In this document: positions 9,503 through 18,352 of the stretch, piece after piece
How positions within the stretch are numbered: position 1 is the stretch's first letter
How the letters are laid out: each line of letters starts with the position of its first letter
NCBI GenBank assembly: GCA_003551965.1
Contig: PUOC01000038.1
Span: forward strand, 1-60,220
Direction: 5' to 3'
Source of the DNA: Clostridiales bacterium
Lineage (GTDB): Bacteria > Bacillota > Limnochordia > Darwinibacteriales > B1SED10-159
Length of the DNA: 60,220 nt
Notes under the pieces: generated by a model
What the model was told of the DNA's origin: nothing
The model's input: the letters and a program-made list of their open reading frames with translations, nothing else
Databases searched by the model: none
Translations under genes and position numbers: made by a program

Positions 9503-11446
9503 ATGAATCCTCTATGTGTAATGGATTGGCGAAGACATCTCTTTACGGCTTTGGTATGCTCGACAATGCTTTTCGCAGGTGCAGTCTTGGCTTTGGGAGC
9601 AGCCGCAGCCAACGATGATGTGGAAGTGGCGGTGGAAGTGTACAGAGGAGACGAAGACGTGAGCCAGGAAAGCCGGGTCATCTTCTTGACAGGTCCGGCG
9701 TCACTGGTGTTGGAGCCGGGTGAGGAGAAGAGGGCATATGTAGCACCCGGCGAGTACGAAATTATGGCGCTGCTAGAAGATGACGAAGGGTCGATCCCCA
9801 GCCAAGCCAGGGTAGTGGTGGAAGCAGGTTCTCCCATGACAGTCACTTTAGAGATAGCATCCGTCGCGGATTTAGGGTTATTTGGCATGGATCCCGATGC
9901 GGCTGAAGCCATGGCCAAGATGTTCTCCATGGAGCCTGATGCGCCGGAGGAAGAGGTTGACACTCCCGTAGAGACCGATGATAGCGAAGCAGATATGGAT
10001 CGTGAACCGCAACCAGATATGGATGCTTTGGCCGATCTCTTCGGCGGTATGGACCCTGCCGGCCTAGACCCAGAAGAGATTGCGGGTGCATTCGACGAAA
10101 CATGGGAGGATTGGGACCTTGAGGACATGGACGAAGAGGACATGGATATGCAGGATATTGGTGCCATGATCGGTATGCTTGAGGATATGGGTATTCACGT
10201 GCCCGTAGAAGAGCTGGCAGTGGATCTCTCTGACGCTTCCTATGCCGAATTGGGCCAGGCTCTCAAAGGCAGTGATCCAATGGCCGCGGACAGGGCCATG
10301 GAGGAGCTTGCTGCACGCGGTGCAGCGGCGCTGCCCACCCTGCAGAGCCTGGCCGTCCATGACCGGGATGCAGTGAGACAACGGGCCTATGATTCCCTGT
10401 ATCGGATGCAAAGCCGGCCCGTGTCCGGCGAAGCTGCAGTGACGGTACACGATCTTTTGGTGCAGGGCCTTGAAGATCCTTCTCTCCTGGTTCGCAGGTA
10501 TGCAGCAGACGCCTTGGCCATGGGAGGTGAAACGCCTGCTTGGAGCGTGGAGTTGTTGGGCAGAAACGCACAGGCGGACGACATAGAACTCCGGGCGGCC
10601 TCACTGCGGGCATTGGCGGCTGCTGGTCCTGCGGCACAAAGCCAGGAAGAAACAGTAGTTACGCTGGCAGGAGATCCTAACCCCGCGGTCAGCGGTCCAG
10701 CTTTGGCGGCGCTGGGAGCGATGGAAGCCAGCAGCGTTGAGGCCGTTGAAGTAGTTCTTAACGGTACAGCCGCCGATGATGCCGTGGCACGGGCAGGAGC
10801 AGCGGCAGCGCTGGGCGGTGTTGCAGGGCCCAAAGAGAGATTGGTTCCGGCAGCCCTTCATCTGCTGCATGACAGCAGTCCAGACGTCCGGCAGGGGGCT
10901 GCGGGCAGTTTGGCAGACATGGCTCCCCACGAGACCATGATGATAGCCCAAATGCTGCCGGCCTTTCACGACGAAGACAGCGGTGTGCGGCGCAATGTCG
11001 TCCGGGCAACCCGGAAAGCTTCGGTGCAGGATCTGTCGGCGGCCGTGCTTCCGGCTGCCGGACTTTTGACCGACGATCCGGACTCGAAGGTTCGTCATGA
11101 AGCGGCCCTTTTGCTGGCGGCTGCCGGGTCTGAAGCGGTGCCCCGCGGATTGCAGGCGTTGGGGCGGGCATTGGATGATTCCTATGGGGCTGCAGCTGAT
11201 GCGGCCGCGGCCGCATTGTCGGCCCTAGGTTCGTCTGCTTTAAGCGTGGTTGTCGAAGGTTTAGAAAGCCCTAATGCAAAGGCCCGGACGCGGGCAGCGT
11301 CCGTCCTGGGCGACATGGGCGATGCCGCCGCGCAAGCGGTTCCCAGACTGCTGGAGCTGGTTGCGGATGACGATGAAGAGGATGACGTGCGGGCGGAAGC
11401 CTATTTCGCCGTCGAGCGCATTACCGGTGAACGTCCGCAGTTATAG
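9503..11446 (+). CDS. membrane-anchored/exported HEAT-repeat (PBS-lyase-type) protein with an extremely acidic linker
   Basis: I trimmed ORF 9452..11446 to ATG 9503 (GAGAGGGG upstream). It has an N-terminal hydrophobic anchor LFTALVCSTMLFAGAVLALGAAAA. A D/E/M-rich segment (about 9885-10195) includes DWDLEDMDEEDMDMQD. Then come repeated units of the type D.S..VR..AA.AL...G..A.P.L..LL.D. Confidence 0.75.
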   Translation: MNPLCVMDWRRHLFTALVCSTMLFAGAVLALGAAAANDDVEVAVEVYRGDEDVSQESRVIFLTGPASLVLEPGEEKRAYVAPGEYEIMALLEDDEGSIPSQARVVVEAGSPMTVTLEIASVADLGLFGMDPDAAEAMAKMFSMEPDAPEEEVDTPVETDDSEADMDREPQPDMDALADLFGGMDPAGLDPEEIAGAFDETWEDWDLEDMDEEDMDMQDIGAMIGMLEDMGIHVPVEELAVDLSDASYAELGQALKGSDPMAADRAMEELAARGAAALPTLQSLAVHDRDAVRQRAYDSLYRMQSRPVSGEAAVTVHDLLVQGLEDPSLLVRRYAADALAMGGETPAWSVELLGRNAQADDIELRAASLRALAAAGPAAQSQEETVVTLAGDPNPAVSGPALAALGAMEASSVEAVEVVLNGTAADDAVARAGAAAALGGVAGPKERLVPAALHLLHDSSPDVRQGAAGSLADMAPHETMMIAQMLPAFHDEDSGVRRNVVRATRKASVQDLSAAVLPAAGLLTDDPDSKVRHEAALLLAAAGSEAVPRGLQALGRALDDSYGAAADAAAAALSALGSSALSVVVEGLESPNAKARTRAASVLGDMGDAAAQAVPRLLELVADDDEEDDVRAEAYFAVERITGERPQL

Positions 11447-11495
11447 ACAGGAGATTGACAAAGGCCGACGGAGCTTAAAAAGCGGGGAGGGTTCG

Positions 11496-12557
11496 ATGAT
11501 GAAATGGAAAGCAGCGAGTTTCTTGTTGATGGCGGCGGTGTTCTTTGTCTGCGGCGGAGTGGTATTGGCGGGTTGGCAGGCTCTGCATCTTGAGCCGGGA
11601 CACTTCTTTGAGTACGAGATTGTGTTAGAACGGGACGGAGAAGAATCTTGGGGAGAATTTCATCTTTGGGCGTCGGAGACCGAACCGGGTCTGCTCTACA
11701 TCTCTGCCGTAGGGCATTATGCTGGCCAGGAGTTTGGCTTCTCGACCGAAGCAGATAGGGGCAGCCCAGAGGGCATCTATGAACAGATCGCCATGGGTTT
11801 AGTCACACAGCTCCCCGAGGAACTGATGGAAGTCTTCTTCGTCACCCTCTGGCTGCCATGGTACGAAACTCCGCTTTACGGGGCAGAGATGTCAGCGGGC
11901 TGGACTTTCGAAGACTACGACTTGGGAACTGTCACGGTTGCAGGCAAAGAACACTATGGGGGCCGCGACGGTTGGCTGCTGGAGATTGCGGGCTTGCAGG
12001 ATACAGACTATGTCCTCAATACTGCCATTGACCCGGCTCTTCCCCTACCTATCATGAGCAGGGCACAGAACATTGATCTGGAGGGCAGCCACGTGCACGG
12101 AGCCGACATTCATGTGGTTCTGCTGCAATATCAGGAGGACGCGCTGCCCGATTATGCAGAGGACGCGGATCTCGAACTGGCAATGCCCGATTTTCTACAG
12201 GCTGTGCGCCCGGAAGGTCCCTTGGCGGAAGTCCTGGATCATTTTCAGGACCATGGCCTCGAGGTGGGAGAACTGTCGCCGAAAGCCTATGAAATGATGG
12301 GAGCGTCCTCTGGTTTTGGTGTGGAAGTCGAAGGGCACGACGTGGAGCTGTACCGCTTTGATCCAGACGTGGTTGCCGACGAGTCTCTGGCCAACTTTGA
12401 AAATGCCCGGGAAACCGGTTTGTTCCGCTATCCCGGCAGCGACATGGATATACCGGTCTATGTTCGGGCCGATATTCTCATGACCGGCCTGGAATTCGGT
12501 ACCATTGTCATCCATCCCGAACGGGACCTCGTGGTGGAAGTGTTCGAACAGTTTTGA
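11496..12557 (+). CDS. hypothetical membrane-anchored/secreted acidic protein (353 aa)
   Basis: I trimmed ORF 11274..12557 to ATG 11496 (GGGGAGGG 5 nt upstream). The N-terminal TM/signal segment is MMKWKAASFLLMAAVFFVCGGVVLAGW. I recognise no family. It starts 50 nt after the HEAT gene, so the two are likely co-transcribed. Confidence 0.6.
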   Translation: MMKWKAASFLLMAAVFFVCGGVVLAGWQALHLEPGHFFEYEIVLERDGEESWGEFHLWASETEPGLLYISAVGHYAGQEFGFSTEADRGSPEGIYEQIAMGLVTQLPEELMEVFFVTLWLPWYETPLYGAEMSAGWTFEDYDLGTVTVAGKEHYGGRDGWLLEIAGLQDTDYVLNTAIDPALPLPIMSRAQNIDLEGSHVHGADIHVVLLQYQEDALPDYAEDADLELAMPDFLQAVRPEGPLAEVLDHFQDHGLEVGELSPKAYEMMGASSGFGVEVEGHDVELYRFDPDVVADESLANFENARETGLFRYPGSDMDIPVYVRADILMTGLEFGTIVIHPERDLVVEVFEQF

Positions 12558-13031
12558 TCCCGGTGGCGCACGGCCAAGCTAAACAGCAATCACTGTCCGT
12601 GGCCCTTCCGGCCTGTGTTGGCCGTCGCGGTATGCAGCTGCAGCCGCATTTTCCATAGCCCGGCCCGTCTCACCAAAGTGCCGCTGCGATTTCCAAGGCC
12701 GTTCTAGCATTCTGTTCCCGCGTCTGCTGTAACGACGCGTTCTGCGGACAACCGCGAAGCATAAGAGCCAATCTCGCGCCGCCACTCCGCGAGCAGCGGA
12801 CATTGATTCGGCCACAGCCATCACGGCAGAGGAAATGCATTTAAAGGGATTGCCGTGCCAATGTCGAAAGAGTTACACTACACAGGGTTCGTGGTTGCAG
12901 TCGATAGGACGAAATGGATTTCGGGTGCAGGCCGTGTACGGACATGGACGCTGGTTGGCTCCCAAGGGGCCTGTAAGAATGGCCGGCGTTTTTGGGAGCT
13001 GTGCGCTTGAAGGCTGCGAGGAGGGATGACA

Positions 13032-13208
13032 GTGTTTGGACGTTTAGGTCCTGTGGAACTGATTCTCATCTTAGCCATTGTGCTGGTGATATTCGGCCCA
13101 TCGAAGCTTCCGGCCGTTGGCGAATCACTGGGTAAGGCCATCCGTGGGTTTCGCGATCACACCGAAAGGGAGTCGGACGAAGAAAGCGGGGAAGACAAAT
13201 CACAGTAA
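13032..13208 (+). CDS. tatA: twin-arginine translocase subunit TatA/E
   Basis: (M)FGRLGPVELILILAIVLVIFGPSKLPAVGESLGKAIRGFRD is canonical TatA. I prefer GTG 13032, which is 6 nt after GAGGAGGG, over the ORF-track ATG 13026, which abuts the RBS. Confidence 0.85.
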   Translation: MFGRLGPVELILILAIVLVIFGPSKLPAVGESLGKAIRGFRDHTERESDEESGEDKSQ

Positions 13209-13296
13209 CAAGCAGAGCTTGCGATGCAGAAACAAGCATGGGGAGGCCGCTGGGAGGCGGCCTCCAACGCGTCTGGTATTGATCGGAGGGCTGCAT

Positions 13297-14235
13297 ATGA
13301 ATATAGAAACGGTATTGGAAGAACAGTTCCATTTTCCCGTCTGCGGGTTAGAGGAGGCGCCCCGCGGCTTTGTAGCCGATACCTATTATGTCCACACGCC
13401 ATCGCAGCGCTTTTTCTTGAAAGTGTTCCGTAATGTCCGCTTGGCTGGCAATGTGCCTGAAGCTGTCAAAGTCCAGTATCAGATCAGCCGTGAACTGCCG
13501 CAGAAGCTGCTTCCCGAGCCACAGGCCACAACCGGCGGTGAGTTTGTGTTTTATGTCGGCCGCTACCCGGCAGTACTCTATGAATGCCTGCCGGGAACAG
13601 CCAGCCGCAGTTATGAACTCGGCTCGTATTTCGAAGCGTTGGCGCAGATACACGTCTACTCACTGCGCCTTCCCGTGAAGAGGTCACTGGTCGAGGCCTT
13701 TTCTTTGGCGGACAAGAAGCAGTTCCAAAGCTATCTTCATTACTTCCTCTGCACCAACGATCTTGAGGGTGTTGAACTTGAGGCTCGACATCTGCTGCAG
13801 AACTACGAAGGCCGTCTGCTGCGGCACTGGCAGCAGTGGCAGTGCCATGCCGAGGTGTGCCGCCAGCAGGCGGTTACGCTGTGCGTAACCCACGGAGACG
13901 GTCCGGGCAATGTGATCGAAGATGGAGAAGCCCTCTACATTGTGGATTGGGATGATCTGCAGTGGGCACCTCTGGAACGGGACACATGGTTCCATGCGGA
14001 TGATCCGAAAGAAAAAGAGCTGTTGCAAGAGGTCTTGGATTGCCATGGACTTGGGCCGGCCTTTCGCAGCTGCTTTCTGCATTATTACACATACAAACGG
14101 TTTTTCGACGATCTATTGGATTTCCTGGAAGGGATCTGCCAATCCAGCGAGGAATCAGTCAAACGCGATATGCTGGTGGGTATCCGCACCGATTGTTTCC
14201 AAGGGACCTATCCCCTGCTCTCCGGGTTGCAATAA
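13297..14235 (+). CDS. APH/ChoK-fold phosphotransferase (kinase), substrate unknown
   Basis: I trimmed ORF 13117..14235 to ATG 13297 (GGAGGG 6 nt upstream). Catalytic motifs are CVTHGDGPGNVIEDGEALYIVDWDDL (HGD....N ... DWD). An FFLKVF lysine segment lies near the N-terminus. Confidence 0.7.
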   Translation: MNIETVLEEQFHFPVCGLEEAPRGFVADTYYVHTPSQRFFLKVFRNVRLAGNVPEAVKVQYQISRELPQKLLPEPQATTGGEFVFYVGRYPAVLYECLPGTASRSYELGSYFEALAQIHVYSLRLPVKRSLVEAFSLADKKQFQSYLHYFLCTNDLEGVELEARHLLQNYEGRLLRHWQQWQCHAEVCRQQAVTLCVTHGDGPGNVIEDGEALYIVDWDDLQWAPLERDTWFHADDPKEKELLQEVLDCHGLGPAFRSCFLHYYTYKRFFDDLLDFLEGICQSSEESVKRDMLVGIRTDCFQGTYPLLSGLQ

Positions 14236-14305
14236 TTGATTCCACGCCGGTCGCGGCAGGATATGAGGAGGTGGAATCCTTTCCGATCGCCTGGAAAGGA
14301 CGACT

Positions 14306-15631
14306 ATGAACATTGCACTGCTTCACTTTCGAGTGGGAGAAACTGACGGTGTATCTTTGGAAATGGAAAAATGGAAACAGGCATTGGAGCAGGCAGGCCA
14401 TACGGTCGTGTTCTTCTCGGGAACCCGCACTTGCGGTGAATACATCCCGGGACTGGAATACGACAATCCTGTCAATGAACATATCCATGGGCGCGCCTTC
14501 GAACACCTAGACGATGCCCAGCGGCTGCAGAGAGATATCGAGAGTTATGCCGGGGACATCCAGAACGCCTTGGCGAACGCCTTGAAAAAGCATGCTATCG
14601 ATGTGTTGGTGGCCAATAACGTGCTCTCTCTCGGTCACAATTTGGCAGCCGGCATGGCCGTAACCCTGGCGGCTGCGGAGCAGGGTGTGCGGCTCATGGC
14701 ACATCACCATGATTTTCACTGGGAACGGGAACGGTATCAGAATCCGACCTGTGATTACGTCATCTGGGTTTTGGAGAACTATTTTCCTTCTGTCACCCAT
14801 ATTTCCGAGCACATTGTGATTAATTCCCTGGCCCAGCGGGCTTTGAGAATGCGTTATGGTGTTGAGTCCGCAGTTGTTCCCAACGTCTTCGACTTCCAAC
14901 AGCCATCTTGGACCATTGACAGCTACAACCAGGATTTCCGTTCACAGTTGGGCCTGACCGGCAACGACTTGGTTTTGCTTCAGGCCACGCGCATTACAAA
15001 GCGCAAGGCCATTGAACTGGCTGTCCAATTGGCAGCCCGTGTGCAGGAGCAGTCTAGCAGGCTGTCTCAGGGTCTCTATGATGGCCGCAGTTTTGGCAAA
15101 GAACAGCGGCTGGTATTGTTTCTTCCGGGATTGGTGGAAGCTGAACCGGGATACCTTGAATATCTTCAGGGTACGGCCGAAAAGCTTGGGGTAGAGCTGC
15201 TCTGGGCCAATGCATGGGTCGGCGAGCAGCGCGGTCAAAGCGACGGACAGAAGTTGTATTCGCTCTGGGACTGCTATGCCATTGCTGATTTGGTTACCTA
15301 TCCCAGTATCCTTGAAGGTTGGGGCAACCAACTCTTGGAAGCCGTGTTTGCGAAACGGCCGATTGTGCTCTATGAGTATCCTGTGTACAAGGAGGATATT
15401 GCTCCCTATGGTTTTCACGTGGGCTCTTTTGGGGACAGCCACGAGATAACAGAGGAAGGATATGTCCAGGTGCCCGAAAAACAGCTGCAAGAGGCTGCAG
15501 AAGCGGCCATGGTTTTCCTGACCGATGGCGATGTCAGAAGGCAGGCCGTGGAACACAACTTTGATGTCGGCAGACGTTATCTTTCCTATGAGGCTCTGGC
15601 GGAAATGCTGGAACCGCTGTTTGCCGAATAG
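14306..15631 (+). CDS. GT-B fold glycosyltransferase (GT4-like)
   Basis: 441 aa with GGAAAGGA upstream. The N-terminus MNIALLHFRVGETDGVSLEMEKW and the C-terminal half, with a PSILEGWGNQLLEA (E-x7-E-like) segment, fit retaining GT4-type enzymes. The acceptor is unknown. Confidence 0.6.
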   Translation: MNIALLHFRVGETDGVSLEMEKWKQALEQAGHTVVFFSGTRTCGEYIPGLEYDNPVNEHIHGRAFEHLDDAQRLQRDIESYAGDIQNALANALKKHAIDVLVANNVLSLGHNLAAGMAVTLAAAEQGVRLMAHHHDFHWERERYQNPTCDYVIWVLENYFPSVTHISEHIVINSLAQRALRMRYGVESAVVPNVFDFQQPSWTIDSYNQDFRSQLGLTGNDLVLLQATRITKRKAIELAVQLAARVQEQSSRLSQGLYDGRSFGKEQRLVLFLPGLVEAEPGYLEYLQGTAEKLGVELLWANAWVGEQRGQSDGQKLYSLWDCYAIADLVTYPSILEGWGNQLLEAVFAKRPIVLYEYPVYKEDIAPYGFHVGSFGDSHEITEEGYVQVPEKQLQEAAEAAMVFLTDGDVRRQAVEHNFDVGRRYLSYEALAEMLEPLFAE

Positions 15632-15655
15632 GGACGGAGCAGGGGATAGGCCCGG

Positions 15656-15675
15656 CACCGCCGGCGGTGTATTTT
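15656..15675 (+). terminator. weak terminator/attenuator-like hairpin after the glycosyltransferase gene
   Basis: CACCG-ccgg-CGGTG followed by TATTTT. The stem is only 5 bp, so this is marginal. Confidence 0.25.
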
Positions 15676-15699
15676 GACCGAGAAGATGGAGGGGATCCG

Positions 15700-16113
15700 A
15701 TGATCAAACGAATAGGACACTTGGCGTTTACCGTCACCGACATGGACCGGGCACTGGCATTTTACTGCGGCGGTTTGGGCTTTTCGCAGGCCTTTGGCCT
15801 TGATGACGACGAAGGTCGCCCTTGGATCGTCTATCTGGAGGCGGCGCCGAACCAGTTTATCGAGCTCTTCTACGGAGGTGAAGAAGGGCCGGCGTCCCCG
15901 GCCAATGCTGCCGGCTATTCCCATCTTTGTTTGGAAGTGGACGACATCGGTGCAAGAGCCGAAGCGTTGAAAAAGGCTGGGATTCCATTGGATGTCGATG
16001 TACAGCAGGGTAAGGATCTGAACTACCAGTGCTGGGTGAGCGACCCGGACGGCAACCGCATCGAATTTATGCAGATGCATCCGGAGTCGCCGCAGCGCAG
16101 ACGGAAGACGTAG
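15700..16113 (+). CDS. VOC-family protein (glyoxalase I / lactoylglutathione lyase-like)
   Basis: I trimmed ORF 15667..16113 to ATG 15700 (GGAGGGG upstream). MIKRIGHLAFTVTDMDRALAFYCGGLGF...GYSHLCLEVDDI...DPDGNRIEF is the classic glyoxalase/bleomycin-resistance fold pattern. Confidence 0.85.
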   Translation: MIKRIGHLAFTVTDMDRALAFYCGGLGFSQAFGLDDDEGRPWIVYLEAAPNQFIELFYGGEEGPASPANAAGYSHLCLEVDDIGARAEALKKAGIPLDVDVQQGKDLNYQCWVSDPDGNRIEFMQMHPESPQRRRKT

Positions 16114-16123
16114 GCTGCAGCAG

Positions 16124-16148
16124 AAAACGGGCAGATATCTGCCCGTTT
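16124..16148. terminator. bidirectional hairpin terminator between convergent genes
   Basis: AAACGGGCAG-atat-CTGCCCGTTT, a perfect 10-bp stem with A/T-rich flanks. It lies between the VOC stop (16113) and the GH3 stop (16175). Confidence 0.75.
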
Positions 16149-16174
16149 CGCATCTCGTCTATTTTCCATGACCT

Positions 16175-18352
16175 TCAATGGGACAGTTCGCGTGCAGAAC
16201 CGACTACCATAAAGTGAGCCGATTGTACTGGCTGTCCCGTCAGAAACTGGCTGCGGGAATCGGGTTGGCTTCCGCCCACGAATACTTCCATGGGTCCAGG
16301 CTCGATCACAAGCCGTCCTTGATCGGATACACGGGCCAGCTGCCGAGGGGTGACGGTGAAGGAAACCTGCTTCGTTTCTCCGGCGGCCAGTGGGACCTTC
16401 CGGACGCCGGCCAGCTGGTGAATGGGTGCGGAACTCGAAGCGTCTCCATGCCGCAGATAGAGCTGGACAACTTCATGGCCATCAACGCTTCCGCTGTTCT
16501 CCACATCTATCTGTACCTGCACTGCCTGGTCGCCGGAGACGGTTTCCGAATCCAGTTTGAGGCTGCTGTAAGAAAACGTGGTGTAACTAAGGCCATAGCC
16601 GAAGGGATACAGCGGTTCCTCTTTCATATAGCGGTAGGTCCGCCCTTCCATGCGGTAGTCCTCGAAATCGGGAAGCTGCTCTAGGGATTTGACGAACGTG
16701 ACTGGAAGACGTCCGCTGGGATTGCAGTCCCCAAAGAGAATGTCTGCCAGAGCGTTTCCGCCCTCTTCGCCCGGATACCATGCCTCCACAATGGCTGGAA
16801 CATTGTCTTGGGCCCAGTTGACGGAAACAGGACTGCCGTTGAACAGCACGAGCACCACGGGAGTGCCGGTGGCATGGACTGCTTTGATAAGATCTTCCTG
16901 CATGCCCGGCAGATCAAGGCCCAGTTTGTCTCCGCCGCCGTCGGAGTTGGCTGTGGCGCCTTCTTCACCCTCCAGATCCGGCGAAATGCCCATGCACATA
17001 ATGGCCACATCGGACCGTTCTGCATAGGCCACCGCTTCGGCGAAGCCGGCGGCGGGGCTGTCTCCCCAAAAGCCAGCTTCCGTGGTGGTAAGATCGCAGC
17101 CCTGGGCATAGTGAACGCGCGACGGGTCGCCTATTCTATCCCGGATTCCGTCTAAGGCTGTGACCAGCTGCTTGGAGGTTCCGTAGTAATTGCCCAGCAA
17201 AACCTCAGTGGCTGCGGCATTCGGGCCGATCACTGCTGCCGACTGCAGGTCGTCTAGGGGCAGGAGTCCTCCCTCGTTTTTCAACAGTACCATGGAAGCC
17301 TGGGCCATTTCCCGGGCTTTTTGGCCATGCTCGCCGCAGGCCACGATCTCAAATGGGATCGACGTGTATGGGACGTCTTCCTCGTCGTCGAACAGGCCCA
17401 GGCGGAATTTCGTCCGCAAGAGGCGGCTGAGGGATGTATCGATGGCCTCTTCAGAAATGAGTCCCTGTTGGGCGGCTTCTAGAAGCTTGAAGAATACGGT
17501 GCCGCAGTTTAGGTCACAGCCGTTGTTGACGGCCAAAGCGGCCGCTTCTTCCGCGCTGCCGGCCACTTGGTGATGCTGGTAGATGTCCTGAATGGCGCCG
17601 CAGTCGGATACCACGTGTCCCTCAAAGCCCCATTCCTCACGCAGGATTTTCTGGAGCAGCGTTGGACTGGCACAGCAGGGTTCGCCGTTTGTACGGTTGT
17701 AGGCTCCCATTACCGCTTCTACCTTGGCTTCTACAACCAGGTCTCGGAAGGCGGGCAGGTAGGTTTCCCGCAGGTCCTTTTCGCTGACGACGGCATCGAA
17801 TCCGTGGCGGAGAGACTCGGGTCCGCTGTGGACTGCATAGTGCTTCGCGCAGGCGGCGACCTTGAGATAGCAGGGGTCATCGCCCTGCAGCCCCTGTACA
17901 AATGCCATGCCCATCTGGCCCATCAAATAGGGGTCTTCGCCGTAGGTTTCCTGTCCTCGACCCCAGCGGGGATCTCGGAAGATGTTGATGGTCGGGGACC
18001 AGAATGTCAGACCCTTGTATATGCCGCGATCTCCCTGGCGGGCAAATTCATGGTGTTTGGCCCGGGCTTCATCGGAAATGATATTGGCTGCTTCTTTGAG
18101 CAGATCAGGGTCAAAGGACGCACCGAGGGCAATAGCCTGGGGGAATACAGTGGCGATTCCGGCCCGTCCGACGCCGTGCAGGCATTCGTTCCACCAATTG
18201 TACTCCGGTATGTCCAATCGAGCAATGGCTGATGAGCTGTAGACCATCTGCGACACTTTTTCTTCCAACGTCAAGCGGCTCAGCAGATCACGGATCCGCT
18301 CCGTGAGAGGCTGCTCTTTCTGACGAAACAATGGTCGGCTGTTGTCCGGCAT
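16175..18352 (-). CDS. glycoside hydrolase family 3 (beta-glucosidase / beta-xylosidase type), cytoplasmic
   Basis: 725 aa with AGGAG 8 nt upstream. LTLEEKVSQM, YNWWNECLHGV, KHYAVHSGPE, GHVVSDCGA, LLKNEGGLLPL and the C-terminal Fn3-like domain are typical GH3 features. There is no signal peptide. Confidence 0.9.
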   Translation of the reverse strand: MPDNSRPLFRQKEQPLTERIRDLLSRLTLEEKVSQMVYSSSAIARLDIPEYNWWNECLHGVGRAGIATVFPQAIALGASFDPDLLKEAANIISDEARAKHHEFARQGDRGIYKGLTFWSPTINIFRDPRWGRGQETYGEDPYLMGQMGMAFVQGLQGDDPCYLKVAACAKHYAVHSGPESLRHGFDAVVSEKDLRETYLPAFRDLVVEAKVEAVMGAYNRTNGEPCCASPTLLQKILREEWGFEGHVVSDCGAIQDIYQHHQVAGSAEEAAALAVNNGCDLNCGTVFFKLLEAAQQGLISEEAIDTSLSRLLRTKFRLGLFDDEEDVPYTSIPFEIVACGEHGQKAREMAQASMVLLKNEGGLLPLDDLQSAAVIGPNAAATEVLLGNYYGTSKQLVTALDGIRDRIGDPSRVHYAQGCDLTTTEAGFWGDSPAAGFAEAVAYAERSDVAIMCMGISPDLEGEEGATANSDGGGDKLGLDLPGMQEDLIKAVHATGTPVVLVLFNGSPVSVNWAQDNVPAIVEAWYPGEEGGNALADILFGDCNPSGRLPVTFVKSLEQLPDFEDYRMEGRTYRYMKEEPLYPFGYGLSYTTFSYSSLKLDSETVSGDQAVQVQIDVENSGSVDGHEVVQLYLRHGDASSSAPIHQLAGVRKVPLAAGETKQVSFTVTPRQLARVSDQGRLVIEPGPMEVFVGGSQPDSRSQFLTGQPVQSAHFMVVGSARELSH

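Noticed and set aside
9157-10167. 336-aa minus-strand ORF, extremely Ser-rich (SSSMSSRSQSS...)
   Set aside because: It lies antisense to the acidic GAx-rich linker of the HEAT-repeat gene. Runs of GAT/GAG/GAA read as Ser/Leu codons on the opposite strand. It has no RBS and low-complexity composition, so I treat it as a shadow ORF.
12579-12824. 81-aa minus-strand ORF in the spacer upstream of tatA
   Set aside because: It has no RBS, an Arg/Ala-rich composition typical of random GC-rich ORFs, and no recognisable motif.
16178-18242. Several 110-220 aa plus-strand ORFs
   Set aside because: All lie inside and antisense to the well-supported GH3 gene. These are typical GC-rich shadow ORFs.
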